From assembly GCF_009914755.1 (NCBI RefSeq), contig NC_060940.1: DNA of 64,000 nucleotides, one strand, 5' to 3'. Origin of the DNA: the human T2T-CHM13v2.0 reference genome, Homo sapiens. Positions 16,285-30,360 of this stretch are shown in pieces. Numbering within the stretch: position 1 is the stretch's first letter; each line of letters opens with the position of its first letter. A model generated the notes under the pieces. That model saw nothing but the letters and a program-made list of their open reading frames with translations, was not told the origin of the DNA and searched no databases. A program made the position numbers and the translations under genes.

Positions 16285-16717
16285 TGTCAAAGAATACAAT
16301 TTTAACAAATTCATTTTCAAAGATTTAATTGGCTTTCATTCCCAATTCATAAATCAGGTGGTATTGAATCTTTGAAATAAAAAGGCACTCCAATGAACTG
16401 AGCAGAGGGGGGTGAGATTTATAGACAGAAATGGCTGAAGAAAGAAAGAACAAGAAACAAACAAAAAAAATGGATTGATATTTTCAAAGTTAATTTCCTT
16501 AATGGGTTCAAGCAGAGGGGACTTTCTTATCATGCTGATTGAGGTTGACAGAGCCCCTTTGGTTGCTCTGAATCTCCTGGTTTTTGGAAAATGGGCACTT
16601 TCTAGGTTCTGTTTGATTTTGTGGCTCCTAGCATGAGTGACTCCATTCTGGTTCAGTCTTGTCTGTTGAGATGGACTTCAGTCCAAAGCAGTGACCTCCC
16701 ATAAATCTTACTTAACA
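16285..16717 (-). mobile_element. ERV1-class solo LTR (MER31/MER67-like)
   Basis: TG...CA ends. The reverse complement has accagaatggagtcactcatgct. Near-TSD ggac/ggat. Confidence 0.65.
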
Positions 16718-16864
16718 GGATGAAGGACTCAGAAGTTAAAATACTGCTTTGAGGGACACGTATGAAAATTTGCAAAGAAAGACTCAAACAAAGAAGTCTT
16801 TGGGGTTTGACCTGAGGCCACGGGTGAGGAAAAAAAAAATAGAAAAATATGAAGTCTTTGGTGG

Positions 16865-17294
<430 letters not shown>

Positions 17295-17380
17295 TCATAT
17301 CTTGATGGAAGCTTCCTCTGGGAATGAAAAAGGCCCAGTATCTGGGTTACCCTGTAAGTATCATTTCCCCTCCCTTCTAG

Positions 17381-17849
<469 letters not shown>

Positions 17850-17930
17850 TACATATAACTTTTACAATGAAGAGAGAGAAAAAAATCATCATGTATTCCT
17901 TTGGAATTTTCCAGAGTCTCAGTTACCGTT

Positions 17931-18500
17931 TGTATTAGGGTTCTCTAGAGGGACAGAGCTAATAGGATATATATATATATATGAAAGGGAGTTGATTAAG
18001 GAGAATTGACTCACACGATCACAAGGTGAAGTCCCACGATAGGCCATCTGCAAGCTGAGGAGCAAGGAAGCCAGCAGTGGCTCAGTCCAAGTCCCAAAAC
18101 CTCAAAAGTAGGAAAGTCAACAGAGCAGCCTTCAGTCTGTGGCTGAAGGCCTGAAAACCCCTTGCAAACCACTGGTGTAAGTCCAAGGATCTAAAAGCTG
18201 CAGAACTTGGCATCTGATGTTCCAGGGCAGGAAGCATCCAGCACTGGAGAAAGATGACAGCTGGAAGACTCAGCAAGTCAGCTTCTTCCACCTTCTTCTG
18301 CCCAGTTTTTCTAGCCCCACTGGGAGCTGATTGGATGGTGCCCACCTACGTAGAGAGTGGGTCTTCCTGAGGGTGGGCCTTCCTCTCCCAGTCCACTGAC
18401 TCAAATGTTAATCTCTTCTGGCAACACCCAGGTGCACCTAGAAACAATACTTTAAATCCTTGAATCCAGTCAAGTTGACACTTAATATTAATGAATCACA
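17931..18500 (-). mobile_element. MLT2A (ERVL) complete solo LTR
   Basis: tgtattagggttctctagagggacaga..(TA)n..gtgaagtcccacgataggcc..tcaca. 5-bp TSD ccgtt/ccatt, consistent with CpG decay. Confidence 0.88.
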
Positions 18501-18547
18501 CCATTGCACATAGTGTCTTTTGTGTTTCATTAAAAGACAGAGTAAGG

Positions 18548-18905
<358 letters not shown>

Positions 18906-20019
18906 TCAATTGGATGGGATCCTGTGTCTTCTTTATCAAGGATATAAGATAATCAATGACAGCAATATTGGATAGGGATACACAGTGCAGGTCTTGTAAA
19001 TCTTATGGTAAGTCCACACATTTCCTAAAAGTCCAGTGAAATTCAATAAAACCAAAATTATCTGGAAAAGAATTGTTTCCTTTCAGAGTGACTATTTTCT
19101 GGACTGCAATGCGATGGTTTCCTGGCTCTTTCATTGCATCTATTTCAGAGCAGTCTATTTCTGCTCGTGTTTTGTATCCTCTATTTCTATTTTATGGTGA
19201 TACTCTCCCTTAACCCTCTAAGGATACTAATTATACTAAAAGTCTTATTCTGATTGTTCTACCAACATTTGCCTCATTATAAACTCCGTTCTTACTCAGT
19301 TTGTAGATTCTCTTTTTAGAATTAGTACTAAAGTATTCTAGTGATTCTTAATAGTGAACTCATCTTTCAAGGATAGCTCCTTCGACTTTCCTCTTCCTGC
19401 CCCAGCTTCTGTAGACACCTGAAGGAAGCAAAGCGTAGAAGTAACTTACGGACGTATGCCCTGCACAGTTTCCAGTGACAATGGAGCAGGCTATTAGGTA
19501 GAGGCTGTTTCAGGTGACTTTTCCTCTCAGCATGGCCGTTTCTGATTCTCCAAGGTATTGTTGGCCACCTGGGCCATTGAACTGTCTCTACCTCCAGTAT
19601 TGTTCTGACTTAAACACAGACACAATGGAGGGGAGGAGGGGAGGGATGCACAAGGACCATCTACTCTGATTGCTCCTGTGTATGTAGTCCCTGAAATTCC
19701 TCCCATCAGATGGCTCCAGCTTCCCTAATTTCTAGGTTTAGAGTATGGATGATACCCGTATTTTGTAGTTGAGCTCCCGTTAATATTCCTGAACGCATTT
19801 TGCTTTGCTATCACCACTTCAATATGATCCTTTCTGATTTCAGACTTTTAGGGATCGCATACAATTTTCTGGTCCTCCAATGTAGCTACAGATTGACTTA
19901 TTAGGTTTCACACATATTTCTAATCATCTCTAAGGAGTGGAACAGGGAAAGACAAAGAAGGGGCTCCTGCTTGAGTGCAGTCTACCAAGTACTTCTTGGC
20001 TTGAGTCTTTGGTGCTTAC

Positions 20020-20085
20020 AGAGAGAGAGAGAGAGAGAGAGAGGCAGAAGGGAGAAAGGGAGGGAAGGAGGGAAGGGGAGAGGCA
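20020..20085. repeat. (AG)n plus purine-rich microsatellite
   Basis: Seen directly. Confidence 0.9.
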
Positions 20086-21992
20086 GAATGACAAATTTTA
20101 GAGAAAAGTGTGTGTTGTATAATCTTGGAGGGGAATAAGGAAAGGTAAAAAAATACAAAGGCTTGAATCAAATAATAGAATAAATGATCTTCATCAGTTG
20201 CATTTTCTCTGCCTCTGAACCTTTTCTGGGGGAGAGGGACAATAAAGAAAAATATTTCCTGAAACAGCAAAATGTGTATTATACTTATGCCCCATGGTAC
20301 TATATCTTATTTGTCCCAATTCTATGATAAAATTGAAAATTCAAATCTGTTTCTAAAAGAAGCACTGATCACTACTCTGGAATATCAAGCACAGAATACC
20401 TATAGTCATGTAGCCAGACGTACCATTTAAAATCACTCAGCAGAAAATTCCAAAAGTTAAATAAGTCTAGCCCCAGTCATCTCTCAGTATAATCGAAAAA
20501 TAACCTTTTTGGATGGCTGTTGGAAGGGAAGAACATGGAAGGTCTGCAGTTCAATGGAAAGAAAACTGAGGTTGTCTTGTAGTGGAGACCAATGGCAGAT
20601 AACGTGCTCTGAAAAAGGTGTAAGCCAAATAATCTCCATCATTTTGGTTTCATGGGGAATAAATGAAGATGACTATCTGGATCTCAGTTTTGGCTCCTCT
20701 GGTAGCTGGCTTTGTGACCTTGGGTAGGAGGTTTAACCTGTCTATCAGTTCCATCAGTTATAAAAATAGGCATAATTATATTTCCCTCATGGATTGCTAT
20801 AAAGATTGAGCCAGGTAGTGTCTGTAAATAAGCTAGCTCAATCCCTGACATAATATGAGCTTAATGAATATTATATTTTTTCCTCTTAGTCTGAGTATAT
20901 CTATTACTTCTGTTGGAAAAGAGTCTTGATTTTAACTACAAATATTGTTGCAGCCAACTGTGGGTTGAGACAGGAGCTTAGAAGAGGGCTCCCATTAGGC
21001 TTCTCAGTTTCCCTAAAAATGTCAAATATGGAATTTTAATTTTCCAAGACTCAGAAGTAAGGAGTTGTTCTTACCTCACAGGACTGTGTAAGTAGAAAAT
21101 TAAACTATGTAAAACACCTTGCACTGTATAGCATTGAACGCATACTGTATGTGGGTGTGGCCCATTGAAGAAATTATTGCCAGCCACAAAGTTATGAACA
21201 TATTCTCCTAAATCCTGTCTAGCATCGCGATTGTTTTCTCTCTCACAGTGAGAAACCCATCTGGAAAATCCATTTACAACCCATCTGGAATTGATTTTTG
21301 TTTATGGTATGGGAAAGGGAGTTTATAATAATTAATGATATTTATAAGACAAAACCAGCAAAATACTCAAGACCACCTAATTGTTCAGTAGACTCTTTTT
21401 GATTCATGAGACACTCACGACCTTGTCCCTCCAAAATTACCAGGTTGCCACAGCACTCTGTCTTCCTTCCTTCCTCCTGCCTATGTCAAATTCTCTTTCC
21501 CACTCTTCAAGCTTCCTATATAAGCAGACACATCCAGCCAGCAAAAGAGATTGCCTATCTGTCCTTCTGAAGCACTCATCCATCATAAAAGATGGTCCTG
21601 GAAAATCTCTAAAAGGTTGAAGTATGGGCTTTTCACAGTGGGAAGAGCCACATCACACCCTGATCCTTCTTTCTAATCTTCTGTTCATATAGGCTTGGCA
21701 GGAAATAAGAATTGGATGATGATTGAGGCAGCACAGAGAACTTGGAGACTTCTCTAGGGGTCTAGGGTTTGACCCTAGTCGTTTGGTCTCTGATACCTGC
21801 TTCTGGGTTCCGTTTATCAATTACCAGGACACCAGACAAGTGTCACAGGTCAACCTCCCATCATGCTTGGGTGGGCATACAAGGAAGAAAGGGCAGTAAA
21901 AACACGTAGCTGAGGCCAAATATATATGGTAACCACTTGTCAGTTTCACCAGCAGATTTACCTGCTCACAGGCTTAGAGAAAGGAGGAGTGC

Positions 21993-22009
21993 TAGCGCCC
22001 CCTGCAGTA
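21993..22009 (-). promoter_or_regulatory. CTCF-like motif
   Basis: Reverse complement TACTGCAGGGGGCGCTA has the perfect CAGGGGGCGCTA core. Confidence 0.5.
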
Positions 22010-22569
22010 CAGAATCAAGAATCCCTAGTACCCAGGAGAGCATCAGTGATTCAGACTGAGGGCACATCGGGTAGGAGGCTCTCAGCACCCCTAAAAATTG
22101 CAAAACTAAAAAACTTCTTGCAGCTGAGAAGCTGGAGATAATGTTCATTTAAAAAAAACTGAGTAATCTCTGTTGTCAAAGAGCTATGTGACACCTGAAA
22201 AAATAGTATGCCAATATTTGGGGAGGAAAAAAAATAAAGCAAAACAGGAATTAAAAGAAAAAGAACACTTCTATCTCAAAAGACACAGCTTTTCCCAATT
22301 TTGAAAATGTGAATTACAGCCAACATATTAAGTCCCTTGAAATTAGCAGGTTATAAAGAGCTGATACAGCCTTATCTAAAGAAAGCAAGAACAGCCCCAT
22401 TACAACAGAAAAACAAAACAAAAAACTTCTAAATCATGCATGGCCTGAGATAAAGAAAAATTAAGGTCTTTGCATAACATTGCCCCAGAACTAAGCCTAG
22501 CAATATATTTTCCCGAGGAACCTGGAATGGGGGCCAAGTCAGATTTTCTTGTGTGGCAGAATACCTAAT

Positions 22570-22632
22570 GGGAATTTTTAGAGCTGTGGATGGCTGGGAA
22601 TTTTTAGAGCTGTGGATGGCCAGGAATTTTAC
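22570..22632. repeat. 26-bp tandem duplication (~2.4 copies)
   Basis: gggaatttttagagctgtggatggc(t/c) twice, then aggaattttta. Confidence 0.9.
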
Positions 22633-24091
22633 TAAGAAGCAGGAAAAGTTGTGGGCAAAGAAACAAGAATAATGATGCATGGAGAGAAGTATAGGCAGGG
22701 GTTGGGTGTCAGAGAAAAAGAGTTTTCAGAATCTTTCTTTCCAGTTTCTGCTTCCATTTTTCCTGGAGTTCAGCCATTTTCCATCATGCCCGCCATGACT
22801 TAACTTTAACTGATTTCATAGCCACTTTTTCAACGAGATGCCTGGGATTGGTTTCTCCTACTTTCAACCAAGAATCCTGACCACCATAGTGGGTTTTAGG
22901 AGATGGGCCAGTGAGTGGGGAGGCTGTTCTCTGGGCACAGGACCCTGACACAGACATCCCAGCACTGACAAAGCTCATTCCTCCCCAGGGATGCTGAGCT
23001 GCTGCAGGAAGCTCTTGAACATCAAGTTATGCCAGCAGAAAAAGACATCAGATTGGAAGAATGTGGGTGATGTTTTGCCTGTGGAGGGGGTGGAGGATAG
23101 CCTTGGATCCCTTGAAGCCCCTAGGACATGGGTTTAGCCACCCCATGGCACTACAGAGGGTCACGTGACCTGGAGCTAGCAGGATAGTGCTGGTTTAGAA
23201 TATTCTGCTGACATCGTCCTAGCTATCGTCACAGTGTTTCCTTAAGCATTAATTTACGGTCACAGTTACTGTAACACAGCTAAAATTTTTTACCATATCT
23301 ACTCTTTCTAATGGTCTAATAATGAGAAGGTTTTTAGCACACGTGTCACAGGGTCAAGAGAGCAATTACTTTTCATCTGAATTCATAAAACCCTTATTAT
23401 ACTAACACAAAGCACCATATTTTTAATTCCATGTAGTATAAATAAATAAAAAGAAAATAGCCACGAGCATTTTTCTAACCATATGACCTTGAGCAAGTTA
23501 CGTGAACTCTGTGGAGATCTGTGTACTTTTCTGTAAAACAGATTTACTGAGCATTGCATCATATAATTATTGTGATGATTAAATAAATTTATTCTATAAA
23601 GTGCTTAGCACAGTGCCTGGCACATGGTAAAGTGCTGAGTAAATATCAGCTCTTTTTATTACTGGAAGTACCTGGCTTTCCCCATTGACTTGATTTCAGA
23701 GGCAGATGAATTCTCCCTTATCCAAAATTATTTCATACACCACTCTGGCCACCAGAGATTCATTCACACTTTGAGTTGTCAAATAATTTCTATTGTTATG
23801 CAGAAAATCCTAGTAGAAACCATAAAATGCTACTTAATAGTCATTCAAGCTTTTTATAAAATAGTTTTCAAAGTAAATTATTTCCTTTATGGGTTTTAAT
23901 GACGAGAAGGATGAGATTAACCACAGGACTCTGGAGAGAGGTACAGATTTGGGGGATTTACATGGGGGTGGACTGATATCACAATGATCCCTAATTTTCT
24001 ATATTCACCAGGCAGATGAGCTGGTCTCAGAAATACTCAAGTCTCAAAATCTTTGGAACATATGCTTCCATATCAGGTACATGGGTTTTTT

Positions 24092-24108
24092 CTGCCATCT
24101 AGTGGCCA
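24092..24108 (-). promoter_or_regulatory. CTCF motif
   Basis: Reverse complement TGGCCACTAGATGGCAG fits the consensus TGGCCACYAGRKGGCR. Confidence 0.6.
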
Positions 24109-24967
24109 CCTTTGATAAAGACAGTCATCTTTATGTGAGCAAAGGTTTCCCACCTAGAGCACTACATAGGAAACTCACAGGCTCCCAGGCATCTTTTTCA
24201 GTTTACACTTTTCAGGGAGTTCCCCTAAAATTGCCTCTGAAATTGGAATAAAAGCAAAGGTCCTAGTCCTCAGGGAGGCACAAAGCTAGGATAAGTTGTT
24301 AGAATAGCACTAGCTGAGCCACTGATTCTCTGGGTGGCTGCCAGCTAAGTCTCTTTTCCTTCCCCAACCTGTTTTCTCATCTATAAGATAAATCACACTG
24401 GCGGGTCCCTGTTAGCTCTAATACTCTGGTGTTCTGAGTCCCTCCAATTTTAAATCTTTATTTGGACAAGCATGTCTATACTTGCCTCATTAATTAAAGT
24501 AAATCGAGGAGAAATTATAACATCTAGACAACGAAGTTGCTATTCCCTAGGACAACTCAGCGATAAGGTAGTTGAGTATCTTGTTTCTGACATCATCTTC
24601 CTCTTGGGGAAGGTTTTCCTTTTCAATTTCCTTGTAGAGACTGTATGAATCATGGCTTCATTTATCCTAAAGTCCATAAGTAAAATGCAGATTATCAATG
24701 AGCAAGTTGTTTATTTCAAATATGTAGATACTCCTTGACAAATTCTCAAAAGGTTTTCATCGCACTGATAATGGACAGTAATCTATTTGATGGGATTTAT
24801 TTAAATCGCAATTTTCTATTCTCCATGCCACAGAAATGGCTTAAGTCCTCCCAAGCTTTTATTCGAAGGACTGACATATTCTCATTAGCATCCCACCTGC
24901 TTCTAAAATCTCTTTCCTTTCATCGTTATTCCATCCAAAAATCAGGAGAGAATAATCTTTTTCATTC

Positions 24968-25165
24968 TTCTTTTTAATTGACAAATAAAAATTATATATA
25001 TATTGATGGTGTCCAACATGCTGTTTTGATATATGTATAGATATTGTGAAATGGCTAAATCAAGCCAATTAAATATGCATTACCTTCACATACTTAACAT
25101 TTCTTTTTTTTTTTTTTTTGCAATACAAACACTTAAAATCTACTCTCTTAGCAATTTTCAAGTTT
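24968..25165 (-). mobile_element. L1MA 3' end fragment
   Basis: tttttaattgacaaataaaa..aaatctactctcttagcaattttcaag. Confidence 0.75.
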
Positions 25166-25284
25166 GCCATACTTCTACCCAAAGATTCCACTGGCTTCCT
25201 GCCACCATCCTTCAGTCTAAAACTGTATCATGCTGTTCCTGGCATTCTTTGATCAGGGCCTATGAGAGAAATTTATTTCCTGCT

Positions 25285-25800
25285 TCCTGGGCATTCAGAT
25301 TCCCAGCAGCTGCAACAACCTGAACTTCCTTTGGAAAATTACTCCTTATGATGACTTGAGTGATCTTGGCCTCACTTTCAAGCCCAGGGTGAACCTTCAT
25401 TGCCTTGGCCCATTCTAAATGAATCATTTCCTGGCCATAGTGATTGGTTCTGGCATGGACACATATCTAACCAGAGTCAATGAGATTTCCACTGAGACTT
25501 CTGAGAAATAGATTCTCTCCCATCCCTTCTGGACTTAAAGCAAGACATATGTAGCCACAGAAGCAGCTAGAGCCCTCTTGAGACCTGGAGGGAGAAACTG
25601 CTAGAAAATGGAGTATACATCAAGGAAGAAGAGGAAGGAATGAAGAAAGAAACTGAATCTTGGCCACATCATTGGAGCCCTGGATCAACCCTCACCTGAA
25701 GATTGCCCTCACCTTCTTTTCAACTCACCAATGAAGTGTTTTCATTGTTTAAGGCAGTTCAAGTTGGGTTTTCTGCAATTTAAAATAATAATAATACTAA
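25285..25800 (+). mobile_element. LTR16-like (ERVL) LTR
   Basis: cctggccatagtgattggttc..ggagccctggatcaa..cctgaag..gttgggttttctg. Confidence 0.55.
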
Positions 25801-26720
25801 TAAAATCTATAGCTCATGTGGGTTCCAAGCAACCTTTCCATGTGTTTCACCTTAGTTTTCATAGATGCTTTTCTTCCAGTTTTGCCAAACTAATGGAGAA
25901 TACTCAGGCAGAAGAGACAGTGTGGTTTACTCTAAGAACTCATCCAAGTTCTGAGAGTACTGAGTTGATCATTAATAATTGGACCTAGGTATGTGGGAGA
26001 AGGCAGAGACAAGGGTGACCCCAAGGTGAGGGACATAAGTCACTGTGGGACTAACTTCTGGTAACATTAAGAGAAGAAACAAGTTTGGGAAAAGGAGATG
26101 AGTTTCCATTTGGAACAACTTGAATTTAAGTAGACTTATCCTTTTGAGCTGCAAACGTTGACCTGTCTGCATCCTCCAGAAAACTGGAAGTTTGTTAAGG
26201 GCAGGGACTGTGGGCTCTAAATCTTCAATCATCTCCCACAGGACCCCAATAAATATGTATTCTAATAATAAGAAAATAAAATCAATGAAATATAAGTTAC
26301 CCAAAAATAATTAGAGAACAGTGAAGTCCCAGTCTCCTCTTTGGGCCTGATGATTACGTCTGTCAAATGTTCAGAAAAATTCTGAGATGCCTGCTGGAGA
26401 GAACGAGTTCTGTCAGTAGAGGAGGCAGCATTGAAGCTGTACTTGTAATATTTATTTGGAAGGAGAGGAGTACCCCATCCCGGAGGAAGGGCTTGAGCAA
26501 AGGCACTCCTGCTCCCTATCTGACTGGGGAATACCACTTGTAGGGTACAGAATCATACCATTATTTCAGAAAACTGAGGAGAGAGCTGGAGTAATACTAC
26601 CAGTAAGAGATCCCACTTCACCTGACAATGACCCATCAGAGTGGTCAGAGAATCAGAGGCTACACAGAAGGGACTGTGCTTGGAGAAATAGGTCACAGAT
26701 AATTAAACAAAAGAAGAATT

Positions 26721-27018
26721 TTTGTTTGTTTGTTTTTGAGACGGAGTTTTGCTCTTACGCCCAGGCTGGAGTGCAGTGGCCAGCGATCTCAGCTCACTGC
26801 AAACTCTGCCTGCTGGTTTCAAGCAATTCTCCTTCCTCAGCCTCCCGAGTAGCTGCGATTACAGGAGTCCACCACCACGCCCAGGTAATTTTCATATTTT
26901 TAGTAGAGACGGGGTTTCACCATGTTGGCCAGGCTGGTCTCGAACTCTTGACCTCCTGATCCACCGACTTGGCCTCCCAAAGTGCTGGGATTACAGGCGT
27001 GAGCCACCACACCCGACC
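26721..27018 (-). mobile_element. Alu (AluS-like)
   Basis: Antisense dimer with a (TTTG)n tail. Confidence 0.95.
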
Positions 27019-27030
27019 AAAGAGGACTCT

Positions 27031-27806
27031 CTTTAATAATGCCCGTTTTTGTAGGAGTAAGATGGAATCTCATTGTGGTTTTAATTTGCATTTCCCTGAT
27101 GATTAATGATATTGAGCATTTTTTATATGATTTTTGGCCATTTGTATGTCTTCTTGAGAAATGTCTATGGTGGGAACGTAAATTAGTCCAACGTCTATGG
27201 AAAACAGTATGGAGATTACTTAAATAACTAAAAGTAGGTCTACCATCCAATCCAGAAATCCCACTACCCAAAGGAAAAGAAGCCATATAAAAAAAAGACA
27301 CATGCACTCATATGTTTATTGTAGCACAATCCACAGCTGCAAAGATGTGGAACCAACCTAAGTGCCCATTGGCCCATGAGTGGATAAAGAAAATATGGCA
27401 TATATACATCATAGAATACTACTCAGCCCTAAAAAGGAATGAAATAATGTCTTTTCCAGCAACTCGAATGGAGCTGGAGGCCATTATTCTAAGTGAAGAA
27501 ACTCAGGAATGGAAAATCAAATACCATATGTTCTCACTTATAAGTGGGAGCTAAGCTATGAAGATGCAAAGGCATGCAGAGTGATTTAATGGACTTTGGA
27601 GACTCAGAAGGAAGAAGGTGGGAGAGGGATGTAGGATAAAAAACTACATAGTAGATAGAACAAGCACTACTCGGATGATGGGTGCACTAAAATCTCAGAA
27701 CTCGCCACTGTATAATTCATCCACTTAACCAAAAACCATTTGGGGGCCAAAAGCTATTGAAATAAGATATATGTGATATCATATATATATGTTAAAATAT
27801 TTTTTA
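27031..27806 (+). mobile_element. L1PB-like element with an inverted 5' segment
   Basis: 27031-27167 is antisense L1 ORF2. From 27168 it is sense ORF2 end plus 3' UTR. Confidence 0.85.
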
Positions 27807-28939
27807 AAAAGAAGATTCTAAACAGCAACTTTCTACCTCCTTCAGCTGACTCAGGAGACCATTAAGTGTGTCTCTATTGAAATCCAAAGAAGGAGAAATG
27901 AGGCAGATAGTGCTGATGCTATGGGCTTCTTTTTTCTGATTACATACAAGATGGAGTGAAGGAAGAAGTGACTTTGACCCATTCCGATAAACAAATCCAG
28001 AAGTCAATTGCATTGGTTTGTTGTCTTAATGATAAAGGAATTTTCCAGGGGGAAAGTTATAAGGAAAATATCTATTTAAAGAGGAAAAGTCTAACACCCA
28101 TAATTGTTTCAAATTTAAGAAAAAAAAATCTTCAAAAGGAAAGCATTACTTCTAAGCTACGCGTTCCATATGCATTTTAAAAAGAAAATATGGGACAACC
28201 TAAAGCAACTTTCTGTCAGCTATTGGAAATTTGCATGAGAATGATCAAAAAGGCCCTCTTCCCTCTCTCTGAGATGTATAAAGTCGTATCAGTCTCTTCT
28301 CAAAAGGCTTTCTGAGTAGGCAGTTACTCCTCTATCAAAACTGTTTACACTTGCAGGCAATATAACTCTCATGGCTGGTTTTATGAATTTCTTAGCCGTC
28401 TGAAAGGAAGTAGTTTGAAACATTAGAAAACCTATTCAAATCTTATTTTGCTGGCAGCAGGTAACTTGGAAATGGTTTTGTGCTCCTTCTTCTTTCCTAA
28501 TTCTTTGAAGAGTGATGATACTGACGGGCTTCATTACTTCCACAGGGAAACAGATCTGGAGACCTGTGAAGACAAAGTTACTCACCCGTCATGTGAGGGT
28601 GTCATACACATGCTAGGTGTCATACAACACCTAGCATGATGAATGCTGCAATTTACACCATCTAAGTTTTTGGTGGCCAGATGAGATTTATCCAAAAGAA
28701 TACTGAGATAATTGTGGCCTGGAAATTGCTCATGTTTTTGCATTTTAATAGGAACACTGTAAGGGAGAGCTAAAGTGGGGAGGAATAGTAGATAAGGCGT
28801 GGGATTGGGTGGCATGAAATCTCACATGCGAATTCAAGTTTGACTTGGCTAAATAATTTAAACTTTCTAAACATCTGTGTACTTCAACTCTAAAATGGGT
28901 TGGCTATATCCATTCCAAAGGGTTGTTCTGGAGATGAAA

Positions 28940-29035
28940 CAAGATAATGTATCTATATGTAATATATGTACATATTATATAAGATAATGTATATATGTAA
29001 TATATACATAATATATAACATAATGTATATATATC
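28940..29035. repeat. TA-rich degenerate tandem repeat
   Basis: aagataatgtat..atatgtaatatat occurs about three times. Confidence 0.75.
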
Positions 29036-29329
29036 AGACATTCTCTCTATATTACACAATATTGGTTCAATGGATTGATGGTGGTGGTGGTGGCAGTGGT
29101 GTTATTATTCTTACTATCCTTTAAGTATCCAATGAAAGAAAACATTTAAGTGAGTTAGTCAATTCTGAATTATCCATGATGATGGCAAAGGGTTAGAGTA
29201 GGAATTAATGTCATAGACAAGTAACATTATTCAAACATTATTGAAAACCAGCATTGTTTAATGTAGGATTTAATTATTGTTATGTTATTTAAAGTTAATG
29301 TATACTCATTTTCAAATATGTTTTAACAT

Positions 29330-30360
29330 ATAAAAAGCTGTTCATTTTTAAGTATACAACTTGATGAGTTTGGGGATAAGTATATACCCATAAAACTCTC
29401 ACCACTACCAAGGCACAAATATATCCATCACCTCCCAAAATTTCCTCCTGTCTTCTTTATTATTATTATTTTTGGTGGTAAGAACACAACACCTACCCTT
29501 TTAGCAAATTTTAAGCATACAATACAATATTGTTAGCTGTAGGTTTTATCGTGTATAGCAGCTCACCAGAACTTACCTTGTGTAAATAAAACCTTGTAGG
29601 CATTAAACACTCCCTCTCCAACTACCCCTCACCTCAACTTCTAGCAACCACCATTCTACTCTCTGCTTCAGGGTTTCGCTATTTTAAATTTCACATGTAA
29701 GTGAGATCATACAGTATTTGGTGTTCACTGGGCAGAATGCCCTCCAGATCCATTCATGTTGTCACCGATGGCAGAATTTTATTCTTTTTTAAAGATGGAT
29801 AATATTGCATTGTAGGTATGCACCATGTTTTTTTAATTCACTCATCCATCAGTGAATATTTTGGTTGTTTCTTTTTCTTGGCTATTGTGAATAGTGCTGC
29901 AATGAACATGGGAATGCAGATATCTCTTCAAGATCCTCATCTCAATTCCCTTGTATATATACCTAGAAGTGGCGTTGCTGGATTATACGGTAGTTATATA
30001 TTTAATGTTTTGAGGAATATACACTGTGGTTTTCATAACAACTGGACCAATTTAAATTCCCACCAGCTGTACAAGTGTTTTATTTTCTCTGCATTCTCAC
30101 CAACATTTATATTTTGGGTTTTGTTTTTTTTTTTAATAGCAGCCATCCTAACAGGTATGAGGTGATATCCTATTGTGGTTTTGATTTGCATTTCCCTGAT
30201 GATCAGTGATGTTGAGCACGTTTCTATATACCTGTTGGCCATTTGTATGTTTTCTTTGGAGGAACGGCTATTCAGAACCTTTGACCACTTTTCAAATCAG
30301 GTTATTTGCTTTTTTTGCTATTGACTTGTATGTGTTCTTTATATATTTTGAATATTAACC
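29330..30360 (-). mobile_element. L1MA/MB 3' portion
   Basis: gctattgtgaatagtgctgcaatgaacatggg and ttgatttgcatttccctgatgat. Confidence 0.88.

Noticed and set aside
27312-27554. 80-aa ORF MFIVAQST...SLISGS
   Set aside because: C-terminal remnant of L1 ORF2 in a truncated element.
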